NCBI GenBank assembly: GCA_016926175.1
Contig: JAFGPA010000024.1
Coordinates: forward strand, 279-64,278
Source: Candidatus Micrarchaeota archaeon
GTDB taxonomy: Archaea > Micrarchaeota > Micrarchaeia > Anstonellales > Bilamarchaeaceae
Reading direction: 5' to 3'
DNA length: 64,000 nt
A program made the position numbers and the translations under genes. Below, piece after piece: positions 9,777 to 19,804 of this stretch (the stretch's first letter is position 1; each line of letters opens with the position of its first letter). The notes beneath the pieces were generated by a model, which was not told the DNA's origin, made no database searches, and saw nothing but the letters and a program-made list of their open reading frames with translations.

Positions 9777-9850
9777 TGATTTCTATCATGGATCTGACCA
9801 TTCGGTTTTTTTCCTGGTTCTTTACTGAGTCTCTCCATTTACTGTATATG

Positions 9851-11713
9851 TCATTTGTCATCGTCCACCTTTTCATATTCCCCTTCGACTACATTATCGT
9901 CTTTTTTCTTTATCTGCTCATACCCGGGATCTCCGCTTTCAGGAGGAGGGGCTCCTGTTCCTGGCCCTGCCTGCTGATAAGCCGAAGCACCGGCTTCCGA
10001 CAGCGCATTTTTGAGGCCTTCAGTTTCCTGCTTTATCCTTGGAACCTCTTTGCCTGTCAAAGCGTCCTGCAGATTTTTCTTTGCTGTTTCTATCTTGTCA
10101 AACTGATCCTTTGAAAGCTTTTCTTTAAGCTCTTTTACTGTTTTTTCTGCAAGATAGATCATTGACTCTGCATCATTCTTTGCCTGGGCGAGATCAAGTT
10201 CCTGCCTGTCCTTTTCTGCATATTTTTCCGCATCTTCCATCTTATTTTTGATCTCATCATCGCTCATTTTCAATGGCGAAGTTACTCTCATGCTTTGTTC
10301 CTTTCCGCTTGCCTTGTCCTTTGCACTTACGTGAAGGATTCCATTTGCATCAATATCAAAAGTAACTTCCACCTGCGGCACTCCTCTTGGTGCCGGAGGC
10401 AATCCAACCAGGGTAAATTTACCAAGAGATACGTTGTCCTTTGCCATTGGTCTTTCTCCCTGCAGAATATGTATGTCGACAGCAGTCTGCATGTCTGCAG
10501 CCGTTGAAAATACCTGGCTTTTCTTTGTGGGTATGGTGGTATTTCTTTCAATTAATTTTGTAAATACCCCTCCAAGCGTTTCAAGGCCAAGCGAGAGCGG
10601 GGTAACATCAAGAAGCAGGATGTCCTTTACCTCGCCTGAAAGAACCCCTCCCTGTATGGCAGCGCCCATTGCAACACATTCCATAGGATCAATTCCGCGC
10701 TCGACTTTTTTGCTGATTGTATCCTCAACAAATTTCTGTACGATAGGCATTCTTGTGGGGCCGCCGACCAGAATAATCCTGTCGATGTTCGAAGGATTAA
10801 GTTTTGCATCCTTCAGAGCCTGTTCTATCGGTCCTCTGCATCTGTCAATAACGGGCCTTACCAGATCCTCAAGTTTTGCCCTTGTAAGTGTATGCTGGAA
10901 ATGCTTTGGCTGATTGTTTACAGATGCCAAAAACGGCAGATTGACTGCAGTTTCAAGTGTTGTAGACAATTCTATCTTTGCTTTTTCAGCGGCTTCCCTT
11001 ATCCTTTCCTTTGCCTGCATATCCTTTGTTATATCCACTTCGCTTTCCTTCCTGAACTGGTCAGCCAGATATTCTGAAAGGACCCTGTCCATGTCTGTTC
11101 CGCCAAGCTGCGTATCTCCGGAAGTTGATTTTACCTCAAAAACCCCTCCTCCGAAATCCATGATCGTTACATCAAGGGTTCCTCCGCCCAGGTCAAAGAC
11201 CAGGATTTTCTGTTCCTTGTCTGATTTGTCAATTCCATATGCAAGGCATGCCGCAGTCGGCTCGTTTACCAGCCTGACAACCTGAAGGCCTGCAATTTCT
11301 CCAGCATCCTTTGTTGCCTGCCTCTGGTTGTCATTGAAATATGCAGGGACTGTAATGACTGCCTTTTCCACTTTCTCCCCAAGGAATTCCTCTGCATCCT
11401 TTTTGATTTTCTGAAGAATGAATGCAGACAGTTCCTGTGGCCGGTATTCCTTTCCGTGTACCATGTATTTGTAATCAGAGCCCATTTTTCTCTTGAATGC
11501 TGACAACGTTCCCTCAGGATTTGTTACTGCCTGCCTTCTTGCAGGTTCGCCGACCAGCTTGTGGCTGTCCCGTGTAAATGCAACATAGCTTGGGAATGCC
11601 TTTCCGTATTGCGTTGCCCCTTCAGCGCTTGGGACTATCTTTGGCCTTCCTGCCTCCAAAAATGCAGCTGCTGAATTACTTGTTCCCAGATCAATACCAA
11701 TTATCTTACTCAT
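9851..11713 (-). CDS. dnaK: Chaperone DnaK (Hsp70)
   Basis: [36 protein letters not shown] Hsp70 signatures; 620 aa. Confidence 0.97.
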   Translation of the reverse strand: MSKIIGIDLGTSNSAAAFLEAGRPKIVPSAEGATQYGKAFPSYVAFTRDSHKLVGEPARRQAVTNPEGTLSAFKRKMGSDYKYMVHGKEYRPQELSAFILQKIKKDAEEFLGEKVEKAVITVPAYFNDNQRQATKDAGEIAGLQVVRLVNEPTAACLAYGIDKSDKEQKILVFDLGGGTLDVTIMDFGGGVFEVKSTSGDTQLGGTDMDRVLSEYLADQFRKESEVDITKDMQAKERIREAAEKAKIELSTTLETAVNLPFLASVNNQPKHFQHTLTRAKLEDLVRPVIDRCRGPIEQALKDAKLNPSNIDRIILVGGPTRMPIVQKFVEDTISKKVERGIDPMECVAMGAAIQGGVLSGEVKDILLLDVTPLSLGLETLGGVFTKLIERNTTIPTKKSQVFSTAADMQTAVDIHILQGERPMAKDNVSLGKFTLVGLPPAPRGVPQVEVTFDIDANGILHVSAKDKASGKEQSMRVTSPLKMSDDEIKNKMEDAEKYAEKDRQELDLAQAKNDAESMIYLAEKTVKELKEKLSKDQFDKIETAKKNLQDALTGKEVPRIKQETEGLKNALSEAGASAYQQAGPGTGAPPPESGDPGYEQIKKKDDNVVEGEYEKVDDDK

Positions 11714-12249
11714 TTTTCATCACCTTTTTTTCCAACGACAACTTTTGCATGCCGCAGTACCCTGCCTCTCAATAAATATCCTTTCTGTATTATTTCCATA
11801 ATTCTTCCGTTTTCTCCATCTGCCTGCCTGACGGCCTCATGCCTGTGCGGATCGAATTCCTTATCTTTCATTTCTTCAACTTCCTCCTCTTTTAGTATGG
11901 CGATCATTTTGTCGTATATCATTTCCACTCCTTTTTTGAATTCCTTTCCCCCATCGTGTTTTAGTGCAATTTCAAATTCATCCATGATTGCAAGTATTTT
12001 CAGGATCAGGCTGGCATTTGATGTTTCCCTTATCCTTCCATGCTCCTTCTCCGCCCGTTTCTTGAAATTTTCGAAGTCTGCTGCCAGTCTTAACAGCCGT
12101 TCTTCAAGATCCTTAATCCTTTCCGGGCCCTCCAGTTCTTTTACCTCCTTATGTTCGATCTCATCAACTTTTTCAGGCTGTTTTATTTCAGGCACTTTGT
12201 TATGTTCTGGCAAATTCTTTTTCTTCTCAGTTTCCAGTTCCTCTGTCAT
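11710..12249 (-). CDS. grpE: Nucleotide exchange factor GrpE
   Basis: [17 protein letters not shown] GrpE signature; 4-nt overlap with dnaK. Confidence 0.9.
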   Translation of the reverse strand: MTEELETEKKKNLPEHNKVPEIKQPEKVDEIEHKEVKELEGPERIKDLEERLLRLAADFENFKKRAEKEHGRIRETSNASLILKILAIMDEFEIALKHDGGKEFKKGVEMIYDKMIAILKEEEVEEMKDKEFDPHRHEAVRQADGENGRIMEIIQKGYLLRGRVLRHAKVVVGKKGDEK

Positions 12250-12274
12250 AGCTTCACCTTAAAAAAAGAAAAAA

Positions 12275-12721
12275 TCATCTGATCTGGATTTTTTTCTTTT
12301 CTTCGTTTCTGTATGCTTTTTTCATTTCTATTTTAAGTATGCCGTTGCTGTATTCTGCATCAACAGCATCAGGATCAATATCATGCGGCAGCCGGAAAAC
12401 CCGCTTGTAGCTTGAATAGCTTCTTTCACAGTGATAATAATCCCTCTTCTTATCTTCTTTGATGTCCTTTCTCTCTGCGCTGATTTCAGCAGAATCCTTT
12501 GATATGCTGATTTTTATGTCGTCTTTATCAAGGCCGGGCAATTCTGCCGTCACTTTTATGGAATCCCCGTTATCTTCCACATCTGCGAGAGGAATTCTGG
12601 GTCCCCATTCAATAATTGACCTTTCCCCTCCTCTTTCAAAGAAAGAGGCAAACATTTCGTCCATTTCCTTTTGCATCCTCCTCATTTCATCAAAGGGGTC
12701 ATATTTTGTTGGCAATCCCAT
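12275..12721 (-). CDS. Small heat-shock protein (Hsp20/alpha-crystallin family)
   Basis: IKVTAELPGLDKDDIKISI alpha-crystallin domain; first gene of the hsp20-grpE-dnaK-dnaJ operon. Confidence 0.85.
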   Translation of the reverse strand: MGLPTKYDPFDEMRRMQKEMDEMFASFFERGGERSIIEWGPRIPLADVEDNGDSIKVTAELPGLDKDDIKISISKDSAEISAERKDIKEDKKRDYYHCERSYSSYKRVFRLPHDIDPDAVDAEYSNGILKIEMKKAYRNEEKKKIQIR

Positions 12722-12738
12722 CTTATCACCTTATTTCC

Positions 12739-12782
12739 TTTAAATATTTATTATTTGTACATTTTTTTAACAATTTGTTTAA
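12739..12782. promoter_or_regulatory. Divergent promoter region with TATA-like box (tttaaatattta) and near-palindrome TTAACAATTTGTTTAA (12767-12782)
   Basis: AT-rich 70-nt gap between hsp20 (-) and wHTH gene (+); imperfect inverted repeat read directly from sequence. Confidence 0.4.
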
Positions 12783-12791
12783 TGTTTAGAA

Positions 12792-13232
12792 ATGTTTTTA
12801 AATTTTAAGGTTTCATTACTGTTTATGCAAAGAAGACCGTACCGGCAGATTGTTATCAGATATACCCATGTTCCAACAGAAATTGACGACAATGACACTG
12901 CACTGGACCAGATATATGAATCACTTGGCCTTGGCGATGAAAGGGACGACGTCGGCAAGCTTGTTTTTCGCGCAATAGTCAAATCCACAATAGCCGGCGA
13001 AGGAATCTCATCAAGGGACATCATGGAGCTTGGAACTGTGAGCCAGGCAGCTATAATATATCATCTTAATATTTTCCAGAGAGCCGGCCTTGTTGTGAAG
13101 GAAGGCAGAAGCTATTTCCTTCGTGCAAACAATCTTTCCAATACCCTTGAGGACATGGAAAGCGATATAAGAAGAAGATTTGAAAGACTGAAAAAAATAG
13201 CAAAAAAAATAGATGATGCCTATTCGCCATAA
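12792..13232 (+). CDS. Winged-helix transcriptional regulator, divergent from the dnaK operon (candidate heat-shock regulator); probable start at Met 12825
   Basis: HTH region DIMELGTVSQAAIIYHLNIFQRAGLVVKEGRSYFL; TATA-like ttttaaatttta ~25 nt upstream of the second Met. Confidence 0.5.
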   Translation: MFLNFKVSLLFMQRRPYRQIVIRYTHVPTEIDDNDTALDQIYESLGLGDERDDVGKLVFRAIVKSTIAGEGISSRDIMELGTVSQAAIIYHLNIFQRAGLVVKEGRSYFLRANNLSNTLEDMESDIRRRFERLKKIAKKIDDAYSP

Positions 13233-14125
13233 GCCAGAACGATATTGTAAATCCTGTCATAAGAGAGCGGTTCCCAGCTTGTTTCTGTAACTTCTCCGGA
13301 TTTCATATCAACATCCAGCCTCATTTTTCTTGTATAGTCGTTTCCCGGCCTGTCCCGGTTTATTGGCGTATGGTGTATGGTAACAGTGTCGCTGGTTATT
13401 GCCCGTTCTTCTGTCTGATCAACCCTCATTACCACCCAGTATTTTCCTGGACTGAGCGTTGCCTTTTTATCGAGGTTGAACCTGATCCAGTTTGCAGAAA
13501 GGGTGGTATCCTTTATAGGAAGGATTTTCTGGGCAATGACATCTCCTGGCTTTCCGGAGCTGTCCTTTCTGATTTCCATTATTACTGTTGAATCGGGCAG
13601 AGTATTGGGATTCTGCCTCATCATGAAAACCCTTACCTGTCCTACCTCAACGGAATTTTGAATATCAAATTCCATTGCAAGCCATTCCTTGTATGAAATG
13701 GTGTCGTAGTTTGTTCCAAGGGTGTCGGTATGCCCAAGAGCAGTTACCTCCCAGTCCCTGGAATATATTGTTTCTCCGTCAAGTTTGACAGTAACCTTGC
13801 GGGAACCCTCCGATATGCCGACAACATTGAACTTCACAGGCGTGGCTGCATTTGTCTCAACCATGGCGGTCTGAAGGACTTTGCCGTCAATGCCAAGAGC
13901 AAGTTCACTGCCTCCTGCGCAGGTTACTGTGACAACAAGATCACTGGACTTCGAAAATGTTCCGTCATTAATTTGCGAGAATGAATAATCCATTGTGCAT
14001 TCATCCTGCGGCCCTTCAATCTTAGGTATTCCAATTGACGGTCCGGTGCTTTCACCAGGGGTCACTTCTCCTCCTGTACAGCCAAACATAAGAATGGCTG
14101 TTAAAACCAATAATAAGATCCTCAT
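13220..14125 (-). CDS. Secreted lipoprotein, unknown function
   Basis: Signal peptide MRILLLVLTAILMFGCTGG with lipobox-like FGC; beta-rich body. Confidence 0.45.
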   Translation of the reverse strand: MRILLLVLTAILMFGCTGGEVTPGESTGPSIGIPKIEGPQDECTMDYSFSQINDGTFSKSSDLVVTVTCAGGSELALGIDGKVLQTAMVETNAATPVKFNVVGISEGSRKVTVKLDGETIYSRDWEVTALGHTDTLGTNYDTISYKEWLAMEFDIQNSVEVGQVRVFMMRQNPNTLPDSTVIMEIRKDSSGKPGDVIAQKILPIKDTTLSANWIRFNLDKKATLSPGKYWVVMRVDQTEERAITSDTVTIHHTPINRDRPGNDYTRKMRLDVDMKSGEVTETSWEPLSYDRIYNIVLAYGE

Positions 14126-14157
14126 AATGCCTCACAAGGCTAATAGAAATCGAAATA

Positions 14158-14442
14158 TTAATATCTTGATGCTATTTCCTTTACTCCTTCAATCCATCCT
14201 TTCACGTAAGATTCCCATTCCAATGGACTTTCACTGGAAAGAATCATGAAGTGAGTTTCTTCATTGTTTGGAAGTACTGCTTCAATTTCCCGAAGGTTCA
14301 GCTGCCCCCATTCCCTCATTGTGAAATAATCAGCATCTTCCGAAGCCCAGATCCTCCCCCTTTCCAGGCCAATCAAATAAGACTTTTTGTCGCCGTTTGC
14401 ATTTATGCCGAGCAACCTGTTAATAATCTCCATTTGATCCAC
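14158..14442 (-). CDS. Hypothetical protein (94 aa)
   Basis: ORF only; no recognisable motifs. Confidence 0.3.
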   Translation of the reverse strand: MDQMEIINRLLGINANGDKKSYLIGLERGRIWASEDADYFTMREWGQLNLREIEAVLPNNEETHFMILSSESPLEWESYVKGWIEGVKEIASRY

Positions 14443-14513
14443 CGGTTAAATTAGTGCATTTAAAATATTTAAATGTATCTATTTGTGGTCAATCAGGTAT
14501 TATATGGAATAAG

Positions 14514-14585
14514 CGCCTTGGCCGGGGTTCGAACCCGGGTCGCGAGAGTGACAGTCTCGTATGCTAACCACTACACTACCAAGGC
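14514..14585 (-). tRNA. tRNA-Asp (anticodon GUC)
   Basis: Reverse complement GCCTTGGTAGTGTAGTGGTTAGCATACGAGACTGTCACTCTCGCGACCCGGGTTCGAACCCCGGCCAAGGCG folds as a cloverleaf: 7-bp acceptor, D-arm, anticodon loop CTGTCAC, T-arm GGGTTCGAACCCC; CCA not encoded. Confidence 0.9.
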
Positions 14586-14628
14586 AAAAATAGCGTATCC
14601 AATTAAACTGAATTAATTTTAAAAACTA

Positions 14629-14946
14629 TCAGGCTGTCTTTTTTTCAGGCCCGGGCTTGAACCTGTCCCATTTTGCTGAAGAAAGCTCTTCTGCTATTAT
14701 GGAACCCACGCTCTTGTCCATGCACAGTCTCTTTGTCTCTTCCATTTCCTGAAGCAGATCCCTTATCTCCTGGCCAAGCTTTTCCCTTTGCTTCTGGAGT
14801 GAATCCTGCCCATATCCCATAGGCTCAGCTGGCTTTTTCCAGCGTACTCCGCTTTGCCTGTCTGCTCTTTTTACAGCTGATCCGCTCATTATATCCCACT
14901 GAAACAATATCTTTTCCAACCTAAAATATATATTGCTTTCTGACAA
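14629..14946 (-). CDS. Hypothetical protein (105 aa)
   Basis: ORF only; charged, helical-looking. Confidence 0.3.
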   Translation of the reverse strand: MSESNIYFRLEKILFQWDIMSGSAVKRADRQSGVRWKKPAEPMGYGQDSLQKQREKLGQEIRDLLQEMEETKRLCMDKSVGSIIAEELSSAKWDRFKPGPEKKTA

Positions 14947-14967
14947 ATCCCAAAGTTAATAAATTAT

Positions 14968-15711
14968 TTGCTAATAATTATTAGCATGGCAGGCGAATTT
15001 CTGTGGATCATCGGTTCGGCAATTCTTGACTCGCTTCTGGGTTTTGTAGGGGTTTTCTCTCTATGGCTCAGTAAGAAAAATGCAGATAAGATTGCACATG
15101 TTCTGATGGCATTTGCAGCAGGCACCCTTCTTGGAGGAGCGTTCCTGCATCTTTTGCCTGAATCCATGGAACAATCAGACCCTGAAAGCGTCCTTTTGTT
15201 TGCCATGGCAGGCTTTATCCTGTTTATATTCCTCGAAGCATATGTCCACTGGCACCACTGCAAGAAATGCGATATTCATCCGTTTTCATATGTAATGCTT
15301 GCCGGGGATGCTCTTCATAATTTCCTTGGCGGCCTTGTACTTGCAGCCAGTTTCCTGGTGAGCATTCCTTTGGGCATTGCAACTATAATTGCGATAATTG
15401 CCCATGAACTGCCCCAGCAGCTTGGCATATTTGGCGTTCTTCTTAAAGGGGGGTTATCAAGAAACAAGGCCATTATCTACAGTTTCCTTGCACAGTCTAC
15501 AATTATCCTTGGTGCCCTGGCCGGATATGTCCTGACAGGTATGATCGAAGGAATCTCAATGTTCCTTGTTCCTTTTGCCGCAGGAAATTTCATCTATATA
15601 GCTGCCTCTGACCTGATTCCTGAAATGCACAAGTCCAAAGGGCGGGAAAAAATAATCAGCCTGTTCGTGTTTTTCCTTGGTCTGGCATTCATGTGGCTGT
15701 TAAAATTCTGA
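14968..15711 (+). CDS. ZIP-family divalent metal (zinc) transporter
   Basis: HNFLGGLVLAASF and IIAHELPQQLGIFGVLL signature helices of ZIP/ZupT family; start likely Met ~14989. Confidence 0.8.
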   Translation: MLIIISMAGEFLWIIGSAILDSLLGFVGVFSLWLSKKNADKIAHVLMAFAAGTLLGGAFLHLLPESMEQSDPESVLLFAMAGFILFIFLEAYVHWHHCKKCDIHPFSYVMLAGDALHNFLGGLVLAASFLVSIPLGIATIIAIIAHELPQQLGIFGVLLKGGLSRNKAIIYSFLAQSTIILGALAGYVLTGMIEGISMFLVPFAAGNFIYIAASDLIPEMHKSKGREKIISLFVFFLGLAFMWLLKF

Positions 15712-15765
15712 ATGCAACTAAAGCTTTTTAAGAAGGTTTGGCTTTATTTAGTAACTGGTTCTTGA

Positions 15766-17310
15766 ATGAAAATAAAACGTGCACTTATCAGTGTTTATAA
15801 TAAGGAAGGAATAGTTGAATTGGCCCGGGCGCTTGCAGGAGTAGAAATACTGTCAAGCGGAGGCACTGCCAGGCTTCTCAGGGAAAATAAAATACCGGTT
15901 ATAGACGTTTCTGAATATACCGGCTCTTCTGAAATGATGGATGGGAGGGTAAAAACCCTGCATCCAAAAATACACGGAGGGATCCTTGCAGACCGTTCCA
16001 ATCCCAGGCACGCAGAAGAAGCAGAAAAAAACAACATCAAATTGATTGATCTTGTTGTCATCAATCTTTATCCGTTTGAGCAGACCATAAATTCAGGTGC
16101 AGGCCTGGCAGAAATTATTGAGCAGATAGATATTGGAGGGCCTGCAATTGTCCGGGGGGCCGCCAAAAATTACAATCACGTTGCAGTTGTCTGCAGGCCG
16201 GATGACTATCAGAAAATCATTGATGAATTTAAGGCTGCCGGAAAAATTTCACAAAAAACAAGAGAGGAACTTGCAATGACTGCCTGGGAGCAGATCTCCC
16301 ATTATGACGCTGTCATTGAAGAATATTTCCGGACTGTTTTTTCAAAGAACGGCTACCCGGATTATCTCAACATTACCTTCAGAAAAAAGCAGGATCTCCG
16401 CTATGGGGAAAACCCACACCAGACTGCGGCTTTCTATATGGATGACTATTACCAGGAACCGTCCATAACTACCGCCAGACAGCTCCAGGGGAAACTGCTG
16501 TCCTACAACAATATCCTGGACGGGAATTCTGCACTGGAACTTCTGAAGGAGTTTGATGAAGAGCCTACTGCAGTAGTTGTAAAACACAATAACCCTTCCG
16601 GAGTCGCATCCCACGAAAGCATCACTGAAGCATACCGGCTGGCAAGATCTGTTGATCCTGAAGCAGCTTTTGGAGGGGTAACTGCAGTGAACCGGAACGT
16701 TGACGAATTCCTTGCAGAGGAAATTGCATCGAAATTCCTTGAGATCGTCATTGCTCCATCCTATTCTGAAAAAGCCCTGAAGATATTATCAAAAAAGAAA
16801 AATCTAAGGGTTCTGACCATTGAAGGAATAAACAGAAAACGTTCTCCATACAGGAAATACCGCTCAGTTGTCGGCGGGCTGCTTGTACAGGATGCAAATG
16901 TAATACTTCATGACAACAAATTTAATGTTGTTACCAGAAGAAAACCTACTGAAGACGAAATAAAAGCAATGAAATATGCCTGGAAAGTGTGCAAATACGT
17001 CAAATCAAATTCCATTGTTTACGCCCGGCCGACACGCGTTGTTGGAATCGGCGCAGGCCAGATGAAAAGGGTGGATGCTGCCCGCCTTGGGGCCATGATA
17101 GCAAGCGACTTTGGATTTGACCTTAAAGGCTGTGCAATGGCATCCGATGCATTTTTCCCTTTCAGGGACGGAATTGATGCTGCTGCGGCAAAAGGCATCA
17201 CCACAGTGATCCAGCCTGGAGGCTCCATACGCGATGCAGAAGTTATTGCTGCCGCAGATGAGCACAACCTGGCAATGGTATTCACAGGAGTGAGGCATTT
17301 CAGGCATTAG
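15766..17310 (+). CDS. purH: Bifunctional AICAR transformylase / IMP cyclohydrolase PurH
   Basis: MGS-like N-domain ALISVYNKEGIVELARAL...SSGGTARLL and AICARFT core; 514 aa. Confidence 0.95.
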   Translation: MKIKRALISVYNKEGIVELARALAGVEILSSGGTARLLRENKIPVIDVSEYTGSSEMMDGRVKTLHPKIHGGILADRSNPRHAEEAEKNNIKLIDLVVINLYPFEQTINSGAGLAEIIEQIDIGGPAIVRGAAKNYNHVAVVCRPDDYQKIIDEFKAAGKISQKTREELAMTAWEQISHYDAVIEEYFRTVFSKNGYPDYLNITFRKKQDLRYGENPHQTAAFYMDDYYQEPSITTARQLQGKLLSYNNILDGNSALELLKEFDEEPTAVVVKHNNPSGVASHESITEAYRLARSVDPEAAFGGVTAVNRNVDEFLAEEIASKFLEIVIAPSYSEKALKILSKKKNLRVLTIEGINRKRSPYRKYRSVVGGLLVQDANVILHDNKFNVVTRRKPTEDEIKAMKYAWKVCKYVKSNSIVYARPTRVVGIGAGQMKRVDAARLGAMIASDFGFDLKGCAMASDAFFPFRDGIDAAAAKGITTVIQPGGSIRDAEVIAAADEHNLAMVFTGVRHFRH

Positions 17311-17369
17311 GTTTTCTATTTTTTCTGGCTAAGGTAACTTATTTAAACACTAATTAACAATATTTTGCC

Positions 17370-18965
17370 ATGGCGGGGGCTATTTCTTGTGTTGAGGGGA
17401 AGCGGATTAAGGGGAATCATGAAACGATTAGGCGCACTGGAAGACGATTTGCTCCATATCTTCTGGCTGGAGGCATTTTATCCTGCGCCTGCGCATTATC
17501 CAGCATCCGTCCAGATGACTTATCAACGAAGATCAATGACTGCCAAAAACATATGGATGAAAAATGGATTTTATCCCACTTTCAGGAAATCGCAATGGAT
17601 CCAAATACAAAAAAAGAAACAAGGGATTTGATCATTGAGCGGCATATGGGCGAGCTTAAAGGAAGCTTCCCTAATCCGGAAAAATATAAAAAAATATTCG
17701 ACGCGCTTTTGGAGATTGGAAAAAAATATTCAAAAGATAAAATACATGCATTTCTTTCAAAAAGCATTTCAGAACTCCGGGTCCCTCCCTCTTCGGCAGA
17801 AGAGCAGTCTATATGCGAAATCGTTTTTCAAGATGTTGTAATATATCCTGAAAAATACAGCGATGCCGCAATAAAAAAGATATTCGACTACCTTGCGCAT
17901 GAAAGAAAATCAGAAGCATATCAAGATGACTGGGTTTTGTCTGTTGTCAAAGACAAAAAGCGGGATGTGATATTCAGAATTGATTTAATGGAGAGTTATT
18001 TTACATATGTTCCTATAGAGGAGGATTCCACACGCGAACGCAACATCTCGCTTCCTTTCTCTGCTGTGAATCAAAGGCGTTTCATTCACTCGATTATTTT
18101 AGACAGTTCTTTGGAGAAATCATTAAGAGAACGGGCACTTTGGCTCTTAATACAACGATTTTCTGTTCCCTTTCCAGAAAATCCGGTTTACGCTCTTGCA
18201 CTGGATGAAGCGCTTGATCCTGATCTCAGGTTAAGAATTGGCAAGCATATGCATTTCCAGATGACTGAGTTGGGTATACGAAACAGGCAAGCAGTATATC
18301 ATAATGCCTACCTGCTTGCAACAAGCAGGTTCCCGGAAATAACACCGGAATTCGCCGTTGATCTTCTTGAGCATATTCCGCTGGGCCGAGGGCACGTTGA
18401 AAAGCAGAGTTCTTATGCCGAGGCTCTTGTAGAAATTGCAGTATCCACCGAGGATCCGAAGCTTGCCTTAAGAATCTTAGACATAATTTTTTCAAAGCGA
18501 TCACACGGTTATCTGCATGAGGACCCAGCTAACCAGCTGTTGTTTAGAATAATTGCAAAGAAGCCCGAACTGGTTCCCCGGCTGATTGAAAAATTAAAAG
18601 AAACAGGAGCATTGAACTTTCACAACTATGTTATGGAAATTGCAAAAATCATTCCAAAAGAAAAAACCGGACCAGTGGTCGATTTATTTATTGAAGCGTT
18701 AAATTCAAAGGATAATAACACAGTTAGTTCTGTTCTAACTCATATCCATGCCCTGATTCACAACAATCTGGTGGAAAGCAGTTCCCAGATAAGACTGCTG
18801 GAAGCCCTTGCAAAAGTTTGCCAAAATCGCGGGATCAACATGTCATGGCGGGAACATGCCGGTTGTACCATAGTTGAAGCATCAAATACGAGCTGGTTCA
18901 TTGGCTCCGTCAGAAAGCGGGCAAAAGAGCTTGCAAGGCAAATTCCGTTTCGTTTAGAATGCTGA
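17370..18965 (+). CDS. Large alpha-helical hypothetical protein (531 aa); possible Tat/lipobox-like N-terminus
   Basis: N-terminal TGRRFAPYLLAGGILSCAC resembles a twin-arginine signal followed by a lipobox-like Cys; rest predicted helical (HEAT/ARM-like), no known motif. Confidence 0.45.
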   Translation: MAGAISCVEGKRIKGNHETIRRTGRRFAPYLLAGGILSCACALSSIRPDDLSTKINDCQKHMDEKWILSHFQEIAMDPNTKKETRDLIIERHMGELKGSFPNPEKYKKIFDALLEIGKKYSKDKIHAFLSKSISELRVPPSSAEEQSICEIVFQDVVIYPEKYSDAAIKKIFDYLAHERKSEAYQDDWVLSVVKDKKRDVIFRIDLMESYFTYVPIEEDSTRERNISLPFSAVNQRRFIHSIILDSSLEKSLRERALWLLIQRFSVPFPENPVYALALDEALDPDLRLRIGKHMHFQMTELGIRNRQAVYHNAYLLATSRFPEITPEFAVDLLEHIPLGRGHVEKQSSYAEALVEIAVSTEDPKLALRILDIIFSKRSHGYLHEDPANQLLFRIIAKKPELVPRLIEKLKETGALNFHNYVMEIAKIIPKEKTGPVVDLFIEALNSKDNNTVSSVLTHIHALIHNNLVESSSQIRLLEALAKVCQNRGINMSWREHAGCTIVEASNTSWFIGSVRKRAKELARQIPFRLEC

Positions 18966-19004
18966 TGCCTTGGTTTCTTTTTTCTGCCTGACATTTCAGG
19001 TACT

Positions 19005-19343
19005 GTGTTTGGCATCCTGCATCTTTTTAAATTGTTTTATTTTATGGTATTCTATATGTCTTCAAAATATCGTGCACCCTCACTGATACGTTCAGTATTC
19101 GATCTGCCTGCATCAGTAGTGCAGAAAAAATACGGTCTCCGGACCCGGCGCTTTGCCACTGCGGTCCGTGAATGGGTGAAATTCCATTCCAGGCCCTATG
19201 ATGTGCCGCCTGTTGTCAGAAATGCAATCAAAGAGTCAATGATTAAAGCTGAGATTGGTTCAGGTAAGCATTCTTTGGAAGAGGCGGCTGCAAGGCAGCA
19301 GGAATTTTTTGAAAAACTCAGGCGGATGAAAGAAGGGAAATGA
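19005..19343 (+). CDS. Hypothetical protein (112 aa)
   Basis: ORF only. Confidence 0.3.
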   Translation: MFGILHLFKLFYFMVFYMSSKYRAPSLIRSVFDLPASVVQKKYGLRTRRFATAVREWVKFHSRPYDVPPVVRNAIKESMIKAEIGSGKHSLEEAAARQQEFFEKLRRMKEGK

Positions 19344-19453
19344 AACTACATTCACAAGTTTTTCCTGCTTTAGCCGCGGATTATTTTCTATAAAAACACT
19401 AACTTCCGTATTTTGCAACACTTTTTAAATCTTTTCCTTCATATTAACTTAGT

Positions 19454-19804
19454 ATGAGACATATCACCAGCTCCAGGCCCCAAAATCCAAAGGCAGGAAA
19501 AATGGAACCTCTGTCAGAAAGTGTAAGCAAAAACTACATGGACGTGGATTCCAGGGGCTATGTTGTTGTGAACTATGAAGGTTATACCCAGGTTCTTGGC
19601 AAGTTTGTGGAATTTATAGAAACAAAATGCATAGATCAGCTTGACAAACTTCCAAAGGAACTCCGTAACCCGGATACTTTTATGTCCTGCTATGCAAGAA
19701 ATAAAAGCATTGAAAGCGGGAAAAAAATAGGAGCCAAAAGATTTGTGGACCATAAAGAATCACTCAGCGGTTCGCTTTATGTGGTCTATGAAGAAGTCTC
19801 ATAA
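19454..19804 (+). CDS. Hypothetical protein (116 aa; may start at internal MEPLSE)
   Basis: ORF only. Confidence 0.3.
   Translation: MRHITSSRPQNPKAGKMEPLSESVSKNYMDVDSRGYVVVNYEGYTQVLGKFVEFIETKCIDQLDKLPKELRNPDTFMSCYARNKSIESGKKIGAKRFVDHKESLSGSLYVVYEEVS

Noticed and set aside
8638-9779. Multiple antisense ORFs within dnaJ (8638..9174, 8835..9425, 9080..9598 and others)
   Set aside because: They are shadow ORFs of the strongly supported dnaJ CDS. The same applies to short ORFs nested in dnaK, copA, carB and elsewhere.
17365-17631. Alternative-frame 88-aa ORF overlapping the start of the 531-aa hypothetical gene
   Set aside because: It is shorter, sits in a different frame from the long continuous ORF, and has no independent support.
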